From positions 62,001-126,000 of the forward strand of contig JAKMXF010000298.1 in the NCBI GenBank assembly GCA_024704765.1: a stretch of 64,000 nt of DNA, given 5' to 3'. This DNA is from Oopsacas minuta (Eukaryota; Animalia; Porifera). The notes beneath the pieces are model-generated. The model saw nothing but the letters and a program-made list of their open reading frames with translations, had not been told where the DNA came from and did not search any database. Positions within the stretch are counted from its first letter, which is position 1; every line of letters starts with the position of its first letter. The translations under genes were made by a program, and so were the position numbers. Of the stretch, positions 22,041 to 32,382 are shown one piece after another.

Positions 22041-22865
22041 TTATGTACTATCACACTGTCCACAAGATAGATGTTCATTAAATATAGAATGCTTCGGTGG
22101 AGTACTAGGTCTTGTTATCCACTTATGATCAGGACAGAAACTATGACAAACTCCTTCTAGCCAAGTATCTATAGAACAGAAATGATATTCCATATTGTAA
22201 TAGGATTTAGAAACGAATCTATAAGATTCAAGAACCTGGACTGTCCCTTTAAACCAACGTGATCCAATCGTTTTATCTCCATCACCAAGCCATACTTCAA
22301 CATGCACCATATCATGTATTTGCCTCTTGCGGTTGTTGTCGAAATACGTAGCACTAACAAACACTAAGTCACCTGGTTGCATTTCATCAGTACTAGCTAG
22401 CTTAATAGGCAGTGTATCGTACATATAAGCTTGATTCCACGGCCCTATGCAGAACTGGAAATCAGTACAGAGATCTCTGAGAACTCTACGCACTAGTCCG
22501 CAGCAATCTAAGAATAATTCTCTCTTATAATATATACAATCTGGCGTATGGTAACGTCTAGCATATGGAGTACCGATATAGCTGTATAGTTTAGAGATAA
22601 ATTTCCCACGAAGTTCTAATTTCTCTTTTGAATTAAGAGCTACAGGTATTGCTGGAAATTGTTTCTTCTTCTTCTTCTTAGTTTTAATTCGGTGTATTTG
22701 TTTCTTCTTGAATTTAAGAAATGCATTTTGTAAGTCAATAGTGTGTGTAGTATCCTGATCAGCTGATTCGCTATTAATATCTATGTTAAATGCTATGCCG
22801 TATGGAGCAGTTTCTATATGCACTTTAGATAGGGATATGACGTCATTATTAAAGGACATAGCCAT
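22041..22865 (-). CDS. NlpC/P60-like papain-fold cysteine hydrolase
   Basis: YIGTPY...LDCCGLV (catalytic Cys), MQPGDLVF, HVEVWLG (catalytic His); basic KKKKKKQ tract upstream of the domain. Confidence 0.7.
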   Translation of the reverse strand: MAMSFNNDVISLSKVHIETAPYGIAFNIDINSESADQDTTHTIDLQNAFLKFKKKQIHRIKTKKKKKKQFPAIPVALNSKEKLELRGKFISKLYSYIGTPYARRYHTPDCIYYKRELFLDCCGLVRRVLRDLCTDFQFCIGPWNQAYMYDTLPIKLASTDEMQPGDLVFVSATYFDNNRKRQIHDMVHVEVWLGDGDKTIGSRWFKGTVQVLESYRFVSKSYYNMEYHFCSIDTWLEGVCHSFCPDHKWITRPSTPPKHSIFNEHLSCGQCDST

Positions 22866-22959
22866 TTGAAATGTTAACTAATAATCTGAATAAAATATTA
22901 AATAATATATTACCTTTAATTAACCTGATAGTTTCCAAAGAGATATCTAATTTACTAAT

Positions 22960-24101
22960 CTACAAAACAGAACTTTTCGTATCTATATTCCAAGCTTCTG
23001 TGAACTTAGAACATATAACAGCACATGTATATGCTGCCGATAGAGGATAGTTACTGATGGAAACAGTCTCTTCTGTGTATGACACACCTCTCTCCTCTAG
23101 GGACCCATGAGCAAATGCTCCGATCACAAACACGATAGGTTTCTCATCTGTCGCATAAACCAAAGGATCAACAAATTTCTTAGATTTATGAGAAGTTCCA
23201 ATCTAGAATATAAAACGATAAAATATAATTATTGCATAAGAGTCTTTACCTTCAAGCAGCCAGTAGGTAAATGATCTGTGATCGGGTTCTTTATTATTTT
23301 CAACAGAGGGACATGACTGTCATTGCCTGCAGCTCTTACAACCAACTTCTGTAGTAACTGTACCATAACTCCGCAGAAACGGTCAAAGGTCCTTGGAATA
23401 CGTGTTTGTGGTGATATCTGTATCAATACATTCTTTTCTGTATGTATAAATATCTAAAAACATTAACCTGGAATAGCAGGTAATTTCAGGTAGAGTATCA
23501 TCTCGTAAACTCTTCACTATTAGCTATGTACATTAAGACATTATATTCGTAAGCACGATAAGATGTCTACACTCCTTATATGTAAACCGATAGAGTAGAT
23601 ATTCTATTGATAAACATGAACCAGGACATGATAGAGAATGACATCATGATGTCTAATGAAACTTAAGAAAGTTTGTTTCATACTATAGTATTAGATCCTT
23701 TCCAACCAAAAAGTGCAGTTACTTGAAGTGTAATCAGAAAATGCCAATTAACCAACTTGTAGTAATCCAGCTTGATTGAGAGGAGAATCGAGTAACATTA
23801 ACAAACACTGATGAACTATATCAGGTCTTGCTAGCGACGGATCTCTCCCTTCCTTAGTCAGTAAGCTATGATGTTTATCACTAGTCAACAGCTGGTAGCC
23901 ATCTCTCTTTGTGAATCCTGTTTCTATACTAGCTCCTTCTAGAATTACAATCAGTCTCTTATCGTTAGAGTCTTTGTTGAGTCGTTTCGGAACTGGAATA
24001 TACTCCTCAACAGGTTCTTCATCGCTATCCTTCTTCTCAGCCATCTGCTTTAGTTTTCTGCGTTTCTTACCGGAAAGTCGTTTGGGAAATCTGGCCGCCA
24101 T
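22960..24101 (-). CDS. EMG1: 18S rRNA pseudouridine N1-methyltransferase EMG1/NEP1, 3 exons
   Basis: [63 protein letters not shown]; introns at about 23752-23456 and about 23250-23205. Confidence 0.95.
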
Positions 24102-24292
24102 AAATACTTAGAATTAGAGAATTACATAATTGAGTAAATTCGTTTGGGAGAAGGAATAATTACATAAGAATAATTACATAGAGAATACTTAATTATCTAT
24201 AAGGAAAATTAACAATCATATATAGGAAATTAAAGAGAATAGAGTTTAAGCGAAGAACAAGTGAGAAAATTGGGCAAGTCAGTTTTCTATCC

Positions 24293-25885
24293 TTAATCAA
24301 AATCCCAAGGAGCCAAACATCCGGCTGCCTTAGCAGCTTTCTCCCATTTATCAGCCTCCCATGGTGATTGTACATCATCTACAACAGACTGCAAATAACT
24401 ATCCAAACGTTCAATCAATAATTCTACAACATTGGGATAAGATTCTTGCACGTCATAGCGCTCATAAGGATCTTGTTCCAGATCAAATAGCGTTACAGGA
24501 CCATATCTACTGTCTATGTAAGAAGATGGGTTAGTTTCCTTTGAGAATTGATAATCAGATGTACCCATTGATTCACAGGTATCAAATGAGTATGAAATAG
24601 CAGTATTAAACTCAGGGGGAGGTGTCCAGAAGCAGTAAGGGGGATAAGATTCAATAGTACAATTAGCCCATGCACCAGTTAACAACTTCCACTTACCTAG
24701 ACGAATAGCACCGTTTACATATCTCCCATCATATAACTGTAAATTATGTAATATCTCAGATCTAGGCGGATACATATTTTCTCCCATTCCCTCAGATATA
24801 ACATCCCATTGATTAACCCCGTCTAAATTAACATCTTTTGTTACACTACCACCGGCTAGGCTAACCAAGGTAGGATACCAATCACTCACATGAAACAAAC
24901 TACTCTCTATTCTCCCAGGGTTCTTAATCAAAGGACTGTGTATAAAAGCAGGTACACGAATACCACCTTCAAAATACGTAAGCTTAGATCCTCTCAGAGG
25001 ATAATTACTCCCCTGTCCATCTGGTATGGGCCAGCCTCCGTTATCTGATGCGAAAACTAACACTGTATTATCCCAGAAGTTCCCATCTTTCTGTTTTAAT
25101 ATATTAACTAATTTAGCGATACTATAATCCAATGCAGTAACCATACCCAAAGTTTTACGTCTATCAATACTACGGACATCATAATATAAATGTTCAAACT
25201 CTTTCGGCACTTCGATAGGATTGTGTATATTCTGCATTGCTAGATACATGAACATAGGAGTATTGGAACTGTGCTGCTGTATTATACGCTCAGCTTCTTG
25301 TATGTATAAATCTAATGAGTAAGTTCCATTGTAGTTAGGTACACATTTGCTGTTGTTATGTAGGTCTAGACACCAGTTGGGTGGAGGTTGTGTCCATAGG
25401 TCATAAGACGTATGAGTAAAGTAGTGAAGATCAGCTCCGTAATAGCCGAAGAAACTATCAAACCCTCGGTTAGTAGGAAGGTATTTAGGATTATAATATC
25501 CGAGATGCCATTTACCAATCCCATGAGTTGTATAGCCTAGTTCTCTCAATCTCTCAGGAAGTAGAGTGAAGTTCAACGGAAGGCCGAGGGCAGATTTAAT
25601 ATTAATCGACCCTATCTTCTGGAACCCGAGGTGAATCGGATACCTGCCTGTCATAAGACTAGCTCTAGTAGCTGTACATATAGGCTGGGTATAGTACTGT
25701 TCTAACCTCACTCCATCAGCTGTTAGATTATTAATGGTAGGTGTTAGAACAGATTTACCATGATACCCTACATCATAGTATCCTAGATCATCAGCTAGTA
25801 TAAATACTATATTCGGTTGTATAGCACTAGTCAGTACTACTATCTCTGTCAGGGTGATGAAAACCGCGAATAATCTCATACCCAT
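24293..25885 (-). CDS. Arylsulfatase B-like sulfatase, copy 1 (secreted/lysosomal), with CTATR motif
   Basis: Signal peptide; PNIVFILADDLG; CTATRASLMTGRY; GKWHLG; SDNGG; LRGSK; HVSDWYPTL; single exon. Confidence 0.93.
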   Translation of the reverse strand: MGMRLFAVFITLTEIVVLTSAIQPNIVFILADDLGYYDVGYHGKSVLTPTINNLTADGVRLEQYYTQPICTATRASLMTGRYPIHLGFQKIGSINIKSALGLPLNFTLLPERLRELGYTTHGIGKWHLGYYNPKYLPTNRGFDSFFGYYGADLHYFTHTSYDLWTQPPPNWCLDLHNNSKCVPNYNGTYSLDLYIQEAERIIQQHSSNTPMFMYLAMQNIHNPIEVPKEFEHLYYDVRSIDRRKTLGMVTALDYSIAKLVNILKQKDGNFWDNTVLVFASDNGGWPIPDGQGSNYPLRGSKLTYFEGGIRVPAFIHSPLIKNPGRIESSLFHVSDWYPTLVSLAGGSVTKDVNLDGVNQWDVISEGMGENMYPPRSEILHNLQLYDGRYVNGAIRLGKWKLLTGAWANCTIESYPPYCFWTPPPEFNTAISYSFDTCESMGTSDYQFSKETNPSSYIDSRYGPVTLFDLEQDPYERYDVQESYPNVVELLIERLDSYLQSVVDDVQSPWEADKWEKAAKAAGCLAPWDFD

Positions 25886-26012
25886 ATAAGCTAATAATTA
25901 AATTATATCATTATTCTAATTTGTATAATCATGTAAAGATACAACAATAATATAATTAACAACTAAGTGAAATATACAATAATTACCAAAAAGTGAAGAG
26001 AAGTTATTTCTA

Positions 26013-27614
26013 CTATTCGTCCTCGAAATTCCATGGGACAAAACATCCAGCTTCCTTAGCTGCCTTTTCCCAGTTAGCTTCTTCCCAAGGTTCATCAACA
26101 GATGACAACATAGAGACCTTATAACGGTCCAGTCGTCCAATCAGTATATCTACAATATTAGGGTATAGATCTTTAAGATCATGTCTTTCATAAGGATCTT
26201 GCTCTATGTCAAATAACATAACAGGATCGTATAGAGTCTCTTTATATGAAGATTCAGATTTGGATATATGAGCTTTATTAGTCTGTTCAGGGAATGGATG
26301 AGCACTCGTATGTAGCGTATCACTTGTATGGAGTAACAAGCCTGTATTGAACTCAGGGGGAGGTGTCCAGAAGCAATAGAAGGGGTAAGATTCAATAGTA
26401 CAATTAGCCCATACGCCAGTTATAAGTTTCCATTTTCCTAGACGAATAGCACTGTTCGTATATCTACCGTCATAAGCTTGTAAATTGTGTAGTAACTCGT
26501 ATCTAGTATACACAGTCTCACTTGCTCCCTCAGAAATGACTTTCCATTGGTCGTAACCATCTATTTCTTCCTTATCACTGGTACCACCTGCTAAGCTAAG
26601 CAAGGTAGGATACCAATCACTCACATGAAATAAACTCCTTTCAATCCGCCTAGGGTTCTTAATCAAAGGACTGTGTACAAATGCAGGGACACGAATCCCA
26701 CCTTCAAAGTAGGTGAACTTAGCACCCCTCAATGGATAGTTACTCCCATGGCCATCTGGTATAGGCCAACCTCCGTTATCAGAAGCGAATATTATAACTG
26801 TATTCTCCCAGAATTCATCTCCCTTCTTCTTCAAACTAGCTACAATCCTTGCAATACTGTAATCCATAGCAGTCAATATACCCAGAGTCTTACGTCTATC
26901 AATGCTACGGACCTCATAATACAAATGTTCGTATTCAGCAGGCACTTCTAAAGGAGTATGTACATTTTGCATTGCATAGTACATAAACATTGGAGTATCA
27001 GCATCATGCTTCTCGACTATACGTATAGCCTCATCAGTATACATGTCTACAGTATAAGTACCATTCCTTTCTACACATTTAGTATTGTTATGTAGGTCTA
27101 GGCACCAATCAGGTGGAGGCTGTGGTGTGACGTCATATGATGTGTGAGTGAAGTAATGAATCTCAGAGCCGTAATAGCCGAAGTATGTATCAAATCCTCG
27201 ATTAGTAGGAAGATATTTAGGGTTGTAGTAACCTAAATGCCATTTACCAATTCCATGAGTAGTATAACCTAGTTCTCTTAACTTTTGAGGTAGTAAAGTA
27301 AAGTTTAGACTGAGACCAAATGATTGAGCAGGCTTAATAGAACCAATGTTTTGAAACCCAAGGTGAATGGGATATCTTCCTGTCATCAGGCTAGCTCTGG
27401 TTGGGGTACACTCTGGTTGTACGTAGTATTGTTCTAACTGAACCCCCTCAGCTGTTAAATTGGTTATAGTAGGTGTGAATACAGATGCACCATGATATCC
27501 TACGTCATAGAATCCCAGATCATCTGGTAAGATGAACACAATGTTCGGCTGTCTACTGCTTACAAATGATACCCCATACAATAGGATGAGGATAGCAACT
27601 GATAATATAGCCAT
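26013..27614 (-). CDS. Arylsulfatase B-like sulfatase, copy 2, with canonical CTPTR motif
   Basis: Signal peptide; PNIVFILPDDLG; CTPTRASLMTGRY; GKWHLG; SDNGG; HVSDWYPTL; tandem paralogue of copy 1. Confidence 0.93.
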   Translation of the reverse strand: MAILSVAILILLYGVSFVSSRQPNIVFILPDDLGFYDVGYHGASVFTPTITNLTAEGVQLEQYYVQPECTPTRASLMTGRYPIHLGFQNIGSIKPAQSFGLSLNFTLLPQKLRELGYTTHGIGKWHLGYYNPKYLPTNRGFDTYFGYYGSEIHYFTHTSYDVTPQPPPDWCLDLHNNTKCVERNGTYTVDMYTDEAIRIVEKHDADTPMFMYYAMQNVHTPLEVPAEYEHLYYEVRSIDRRKTLGILTAMDYSIARIVASLKKKGDEFWENTVIIFASDNGGWPIPDGHGSNYPLRGAKFTYFEGGIRVPAFVHSPLIKNPRRIERSLFHVSDWYPTLLSLAGGTSDKEEIDGYDQWKVISEGASETVYTRYELLHNLQAYDGRYTNSAIRLGKWKLITGVWANCTIESYPFYCFWTPPPEFNTGLLLHTSDTLHTSAHPFPEQTNKAHISKSESSYKETLYDPVMLFDIEQDPYERHDLKDLYPNIVDILIGRLDRYKVSMLSSVDEPWEEANWEKAAKEAGCFVPWNFEDE

Positions 27615-27738
27615 ATAGCTAGCTAATATGAGAAATAATCAAAAGTATTAAAGTTCTAATATAAACGATGTAAATAAATAAAATGGTTTGGAAATATAAA
27701 TCAGTCAAAATATATACGAGTTTACCTTTATATACGAA

Positions 27739-29241
27739 TTAAAAGTGCTTACTTTCTGCTGTTCCTAGGTCAGCCTCATGCATATACCTAAAATCTTGTA
27801 ATTCCGACTTTTCTTCCCGAACAATTCCGTAATCGATTATAATATTATCATCAGCGTTACGACCTTCTAAGATAGCATCATCCTCATCATCCCAATCTCC
27901 AGCATCAAGGATCACAGTCCTGTCTCCAGGTCCGAAGCCAAATGGAAGGAACTTTCTCATCCTAGCCTCCAGCAGTTCCTGTTTCTCTTTATCACTTATT
28001 GCCTCACTATTTGTAGCAGATTTAGTTGATGCAGCCAAAACACCTAAGTCAGTACCTTGCTGTATTTCAGGAGATAAACTAACAACCCAGCATGGAACTA
28101 GTTGACTTGGGTTTGTAATAACATAGAAAGTTCCTCCATCAATAATACGGAAATTAGCGACAGGCCCGCTTTGCAACGGTAACTTTAATCCTGGTATGAG
28201 GGCACATACCAACAGCTTAGAAGATCTTGTATAACCCATACTTACAGCGGGAGAAGTACCCACGTAAATACCAACTCCATAAGCAGATCCATTCAAAATA
28301 CGAACTTTCTCAGTTCCTGGTAAAAGTAGTCCCTTTGAAACGATTGAAGGAAGATTCCTCTCAGCAGTTCCATGATATACTATCTCAACCTTACAAGAAA
28401 AGTTCTTAGCTCTCTTATACTGTTTTTCCATAAGATTAATTCTATCCTGTGTTGCTATAAACCGTTTTGCCAAACCAGGTCGTAAAACATTTTCAACTCC
28501 ATTAACTCTATATCCAGCAGTTTTACAATTATCAATAATATCTCGTAGAGAAATGAAAGAGGAAGGGTGTATAACGGGCTCATTAGTTTGGTCATAAGAT
28601 GTACTGTCTGTGTGTTCCATAATAGAACAATCAGCTGTTGTTGTTATTGATGTTTTGTATGTTGTATACTCTTTATCAATTTGTCTGTGTAGGGAACTAT
28701 CCAGGAGTTTTTCCTTTTTGTATAATATTGTCTTCTCACAAGAATCATGTACCTGTTGTATAAGATTATAAAGCATTGGCGATCCTCTTTGATCAAATGC
28801 ACTCTGTAGTAATTCGTCATAGAGCTGGTCAGTTTCGGAAAAAGATAAAATATAAGATTCAGAATTGTTGACCTGAAATATAGGAATCGAGTTAGGATAG
28901 TCAGGGGGTAGTTGGAATGTGATGGATATTTCATCCTCCTTCTTAATCTTAGAGTCCCCAAAGCATATACCAACTTCAAATATTCTATCATCATCACTAG
29001 GATATTTAACCCTCTCATAAATGGTAGTTAAAATAACTTTCTCATCTTCAATAATCTTCCCACACTCCTCAATACTTATCGATGTGAACGTCTGTGTATC
29101 TACCTTGCTCTCATCGATTATTTTAAAGAACACATCCTCAAACTCCTTTAAGCTCTCTAGCTCAGCCTCTGTTTCACAAGTGCCGTTTTCAATATCTACA
29201 TTAGGAATGCTCTCATTCGTTGTATCGCATCTAGCCGCCAT
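27739..29241 (-). CDS. RWD-domain + PARP-like ADP-ribosyltransferase-domain protein
   Basis: RWD: ELESLKEF...ITFQLPPDYPNSIP; ART: VYHGT...SIVSKGL, AYGVGIYVG, LLVCALIPG. First in-frame ATG is at 29241 (the ORF track starts at a TTG). Confidence 0.75.
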   Translation of the reverse strand: MAARCDTTNESIPNVDIENGTCETEAELESLKEFEDVFFKIIDESKVDTQTFTSISIEECGKIIEDEKVILTTIYERVKYPSDDDRIFEVGICFGDSKIKKEDEISITFQLPPDYPNSIPIFQVNNSESYILSFSETDQLYDELLQSAFDQRGSPMLYNLIQQVHDSCEKTILYKKEKLLDSSLHRQIDKEYTTYKTSITTTADCSIMEHTDSTSYDQTNEPVIHPSSFISLRDIIDNCKTAGYRVNGVENVLRPGLAKRFIATQDRINLMEKQYKRAKNFSCKVEIVYHGTAERNLPSIVSKGLLLPGTEKVRILNGSAYGVGIYVGTSPAVSMGYTRSSKLLVCALIPGLKLPLQSGPVANFRIIDGGTFYVITNPSQLVPCWVVSLSPEIQQGTDLGVLAASTKSATNSEAISDKEKQELLEARMRKFLPFGFGPGDRTVILDAGDWDDEDDAILEGRNADDNIIIDYGIVREEKSELQDFRYMHEADLGTAESKHF

Positions 29242-30115
29242 AATATCATACAATACCTTATATGGTTAATAAAATAATTATATAAGAGCACTAGCGTAAT
29301 AATATTATAAGTGGTGAAGTTTCGTGGATTGATAGAAATATTACATGAATTTTTGTGGAATTTTGAGTCCATTAACCAATGCTAACTGGATACCTGTGAT
29401 AAGAGCAGCCCTACTCACAGTACACAATACACAATATAGTAGTGTTTAAGCTAGTTTATCTATACGTATTAGGTGTATGCATTGATTGAGTGTGGCAGGA
29501 GATATCATGGCGGTCAAATCGTCTGCAAAATAACACAAAATTAGGCTGAAGAGCGTATCCACAACACAGCCAATATGAGGAGCATAGAAGAATTGTGCAG
29601 TGAATAACAAGAGTGTGGTTAGTTCTCGTCTAGCTATCCAAGTTAATTAATCAATAAATATTTAGCAGCTAGTTTGTGTTAGCTAATCCAGTCTAGTCTG
29701 ACAGAACTCGTGTTCCCGTAAGTCTTACCCTAATTAACCATGGTAAAGGGCAAATTTGATTACAGGTTGAAATTTGAAAGATAACTCAAGCGCTATACGC
29801 ATAAACCAAGTGTGTGATAATTATAATCCCAAACATCTAATAAGAAATTCATATGACGTCATGCTTCATCAAATGCAGAGCAATCCTGGGATAATCTTCC
29901 AATTTATAGTATATCAGTGAGTCAATACTAAGCAATGGTTCAATCTAAGTATAAATATACATTGAATTAGATAACCAGAGGTCAAATCAATTTATGTTTA
30001 TAATACCCACTCGTAATTTGGACTAGATATTCAAAACAAGCTTATTAGCAAGTAATTAACAGTTGTATTATTGAATTAAAAACATAAGGGAGAGTAACGA
30101 GGACATTATATCAAA

Positions 30116-31177
30116 ATGTCTGACACGATTGGAAGCCAAATTCAAGCTTTGAGCAGAGATACTGCATTTCATCTACCTTATTCACAATTCGTTTTCCAAC
30201 AAAATCCATTTTTCGCGGAAAATCAAGCACTGCAACAACACGCAGCAAACATGTACAACGAGAGCAATAACAATTTGGAGAATTCCTTTCAAACAAGATC
30301 GAATTTCGCACTACCGGAAAATACTGGCCAATTGAAGAGAGAGAGAACCCCTAATAATTTCTCCTCAAACTGTCAACAAATACCCAAGTCACGCAATAAC
30401 ATGCAAGGCATGAAATGTCGGAAGCAAAGTTCAACTCAGTTAAGCCCCCATCTAGATGATGAAGACGGGAAACAAGATGAAAAGCCTCCATACTCGTATG
30501 TAGCACTAATAGCTATGGCTATCAAACATTCACAAGAAAAGCGATTGACTCTTAGTGGGATTTATCAGTTCATAATAGAAAAATTCCCTTATTACTGTAA
30601 GAATAAGAAAGGATGGCAGAATTCGATTCGACACAACCTATCGCTAAACGAGTGTTTCAAGAAAGTCGCGAAAGAAGGAGGAGACAGGAAAGGGTGTTAC
30701 TGGACTCTGGACCCATTATGCGAAGAGATGTTTGAAAATGGAAACTTCAAACGGCGAAAGCGAATGAGACGACCAATCAAACAATCTCATCCCAAACAAC
30801 CAATATATTTTTCAGCTCGAAACCAGCTCGAAACCCAAAATCTACTTCAACAACTTACTCCCACCTGTACAAACTGGTCAAGCTGTGCTACACCCACCGT
30901 ATGCACTCCTAGTACACCGTTATATTCCCTCCCATCACCGAGCTTAGCAGCAATGCAGCCTAACTTCCTACCACATGTAGCAATGAGCACAGATCTCACA
31001 AATAATTCACTGTACAACTCGCTGCCTAGCATGAATCAGAGGATAGATACTGGATCGCTGGGGGGATACTTTGCTGGTACAGGAATGGGAGCGATCCCCT
31101 TACAGGCAGTAGCTCTCTTACAACAACGACAATCCGAAGTTCTTGCCAACCAGCAATTTAAAGTGGAAGAGTCTTAA
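30116..31177 (+). CDS. FOXL2: Forkhead transcription factor FoxL2, intronless
   Basis: [31 protein letters not shown]...[50 protein letters not shown] is the FoxL2-type forkhead domain. Confidence 0.93.
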   Translation: MSDTIGSQIQALSRDTAFHLPYSQFVFQQNPFFAENQALQQHAANMYNESNNNLENSFQTRSNFALPENTGQLKRERTPNNFSSNCQQIPKSRNNMQGMKCRKQSSTQLSPHLDDEDGKQDEKPPYSYVALIAMAIKHSQEKRLTLSGIYQFIIEKFPYYCKNKKGWQNSIRHNLSLNECFKKVAKEGGDRKGCYWTLDPLCEEMFENGNFKRRKRMRRPIKQSHPKQPIYFSARNQLETQNLLQQLTPTCTNWSSCATPTVCTPSTPLYSLPSPSLAAMQPNFLPHVAMSTDLTNNSLYNSLPSMNQRIDTGSLGGYFAGTGMGAIPLQAVALLQQRQSEVLANQQFKVEES

Positions 31178-32382
31178 TGAAAACCAATTGTAACCGAGAT
31201 GACAATAATGGAGTTCATTTAGTATCCATGCTTTTATTATAAATAATAGGGTACTTTCATTGTGTCGTCTAGTGTACTTACAGTATTTTAACTAATTTTA
31301 ATAAATGATATTATAACAAAATTATATGAATTTAGTCAAAACAAATTCTGTTATAATTTACAAAAGAGAGCAGAAACAATTAGTATTTCATTACGGAATT
31401 AGAGGTGATAGCTAGCAAAATTATTCTCAAAGTTCAAGGTCAAATTCCATGAATAAACAATGATGTAATATGCATCAATTCTGATCTTAGTATCAGAATC
31501 TCTAAAAAATTCAAGATTGTCTAGAAAGGAAAACGTGATATATGCAAAAATACTCGTATGTGGTCAAATAATATAGAAAACTTAAGTCATCTTAAGTCAT
31601 GATACTCGTAACCATTATAGGGCTAATTAGACAAGTAAGTACTGGATGGACCAAATCAGAAATGTGTGAGAACATGAAAGCGGGAATGGATGAGAGAAAC
31701 GAATAACCACAAAATATTTGTGAGCGATTATTAATAGCTTTGATATGAGAGCATTTTACCTTCAAACGAAATAATTAATAATTTCTTATGAACATGACAG
31801 AACTAAAACGTTTACCAAAGTATTGCCCATTAATGGTGTATTTGGTATGGGAGCCCGCCGCTATGTGCAGTTGACCATTGTACAGAGATATGCAGGTTTG
31901 AATGTATACTATTTCTATCTCAAGAAATAAATTTGTAAGTGAATTATAAGTTTACGAATCACCCTCCAATGTTATGACAGAATAATATATTCTACAAACC
32001 CAGATTTACCTTAACAGTAACTACGATGTATTTACAATATTTATTTGTGTAAACATTAAATATACATGAGTCAAATTTGTATAAGGTATGAATTTAAAAT
32101 TTGAATGATTCTGGGCGGATATATTGTCCCACTGTGGTCAGGTGCTCAATTAACCATTTGGCTAATTAAACAACAATAAGATACTAATTTATGCAAAGAC
32201 AACCATTATTAATTAATATGCAAAATAAGTTCAGCTATCACTATATTTAGATTAAAGTCCTACAAGGATTTTTACATGTAAACACAAGTTCAAAAGTATC
32301 TTAAATACGAAAATTGCAACAACTAATTAAATGACAGAAAAGAAGACAACATTGCTATTAATTGGACAAAATGTGTAATATA

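Noticed and set aside
23456-23752. snoRNA in the enlarged EMG1 intron (palindromes GACATCATGATGTC and TACTATAGTA; GTGAAGA...CTGA)
   Set aside because: The box C/D candidates are only about 35-40 nt apart and there is no convincing guide; needs a covariance-model search.
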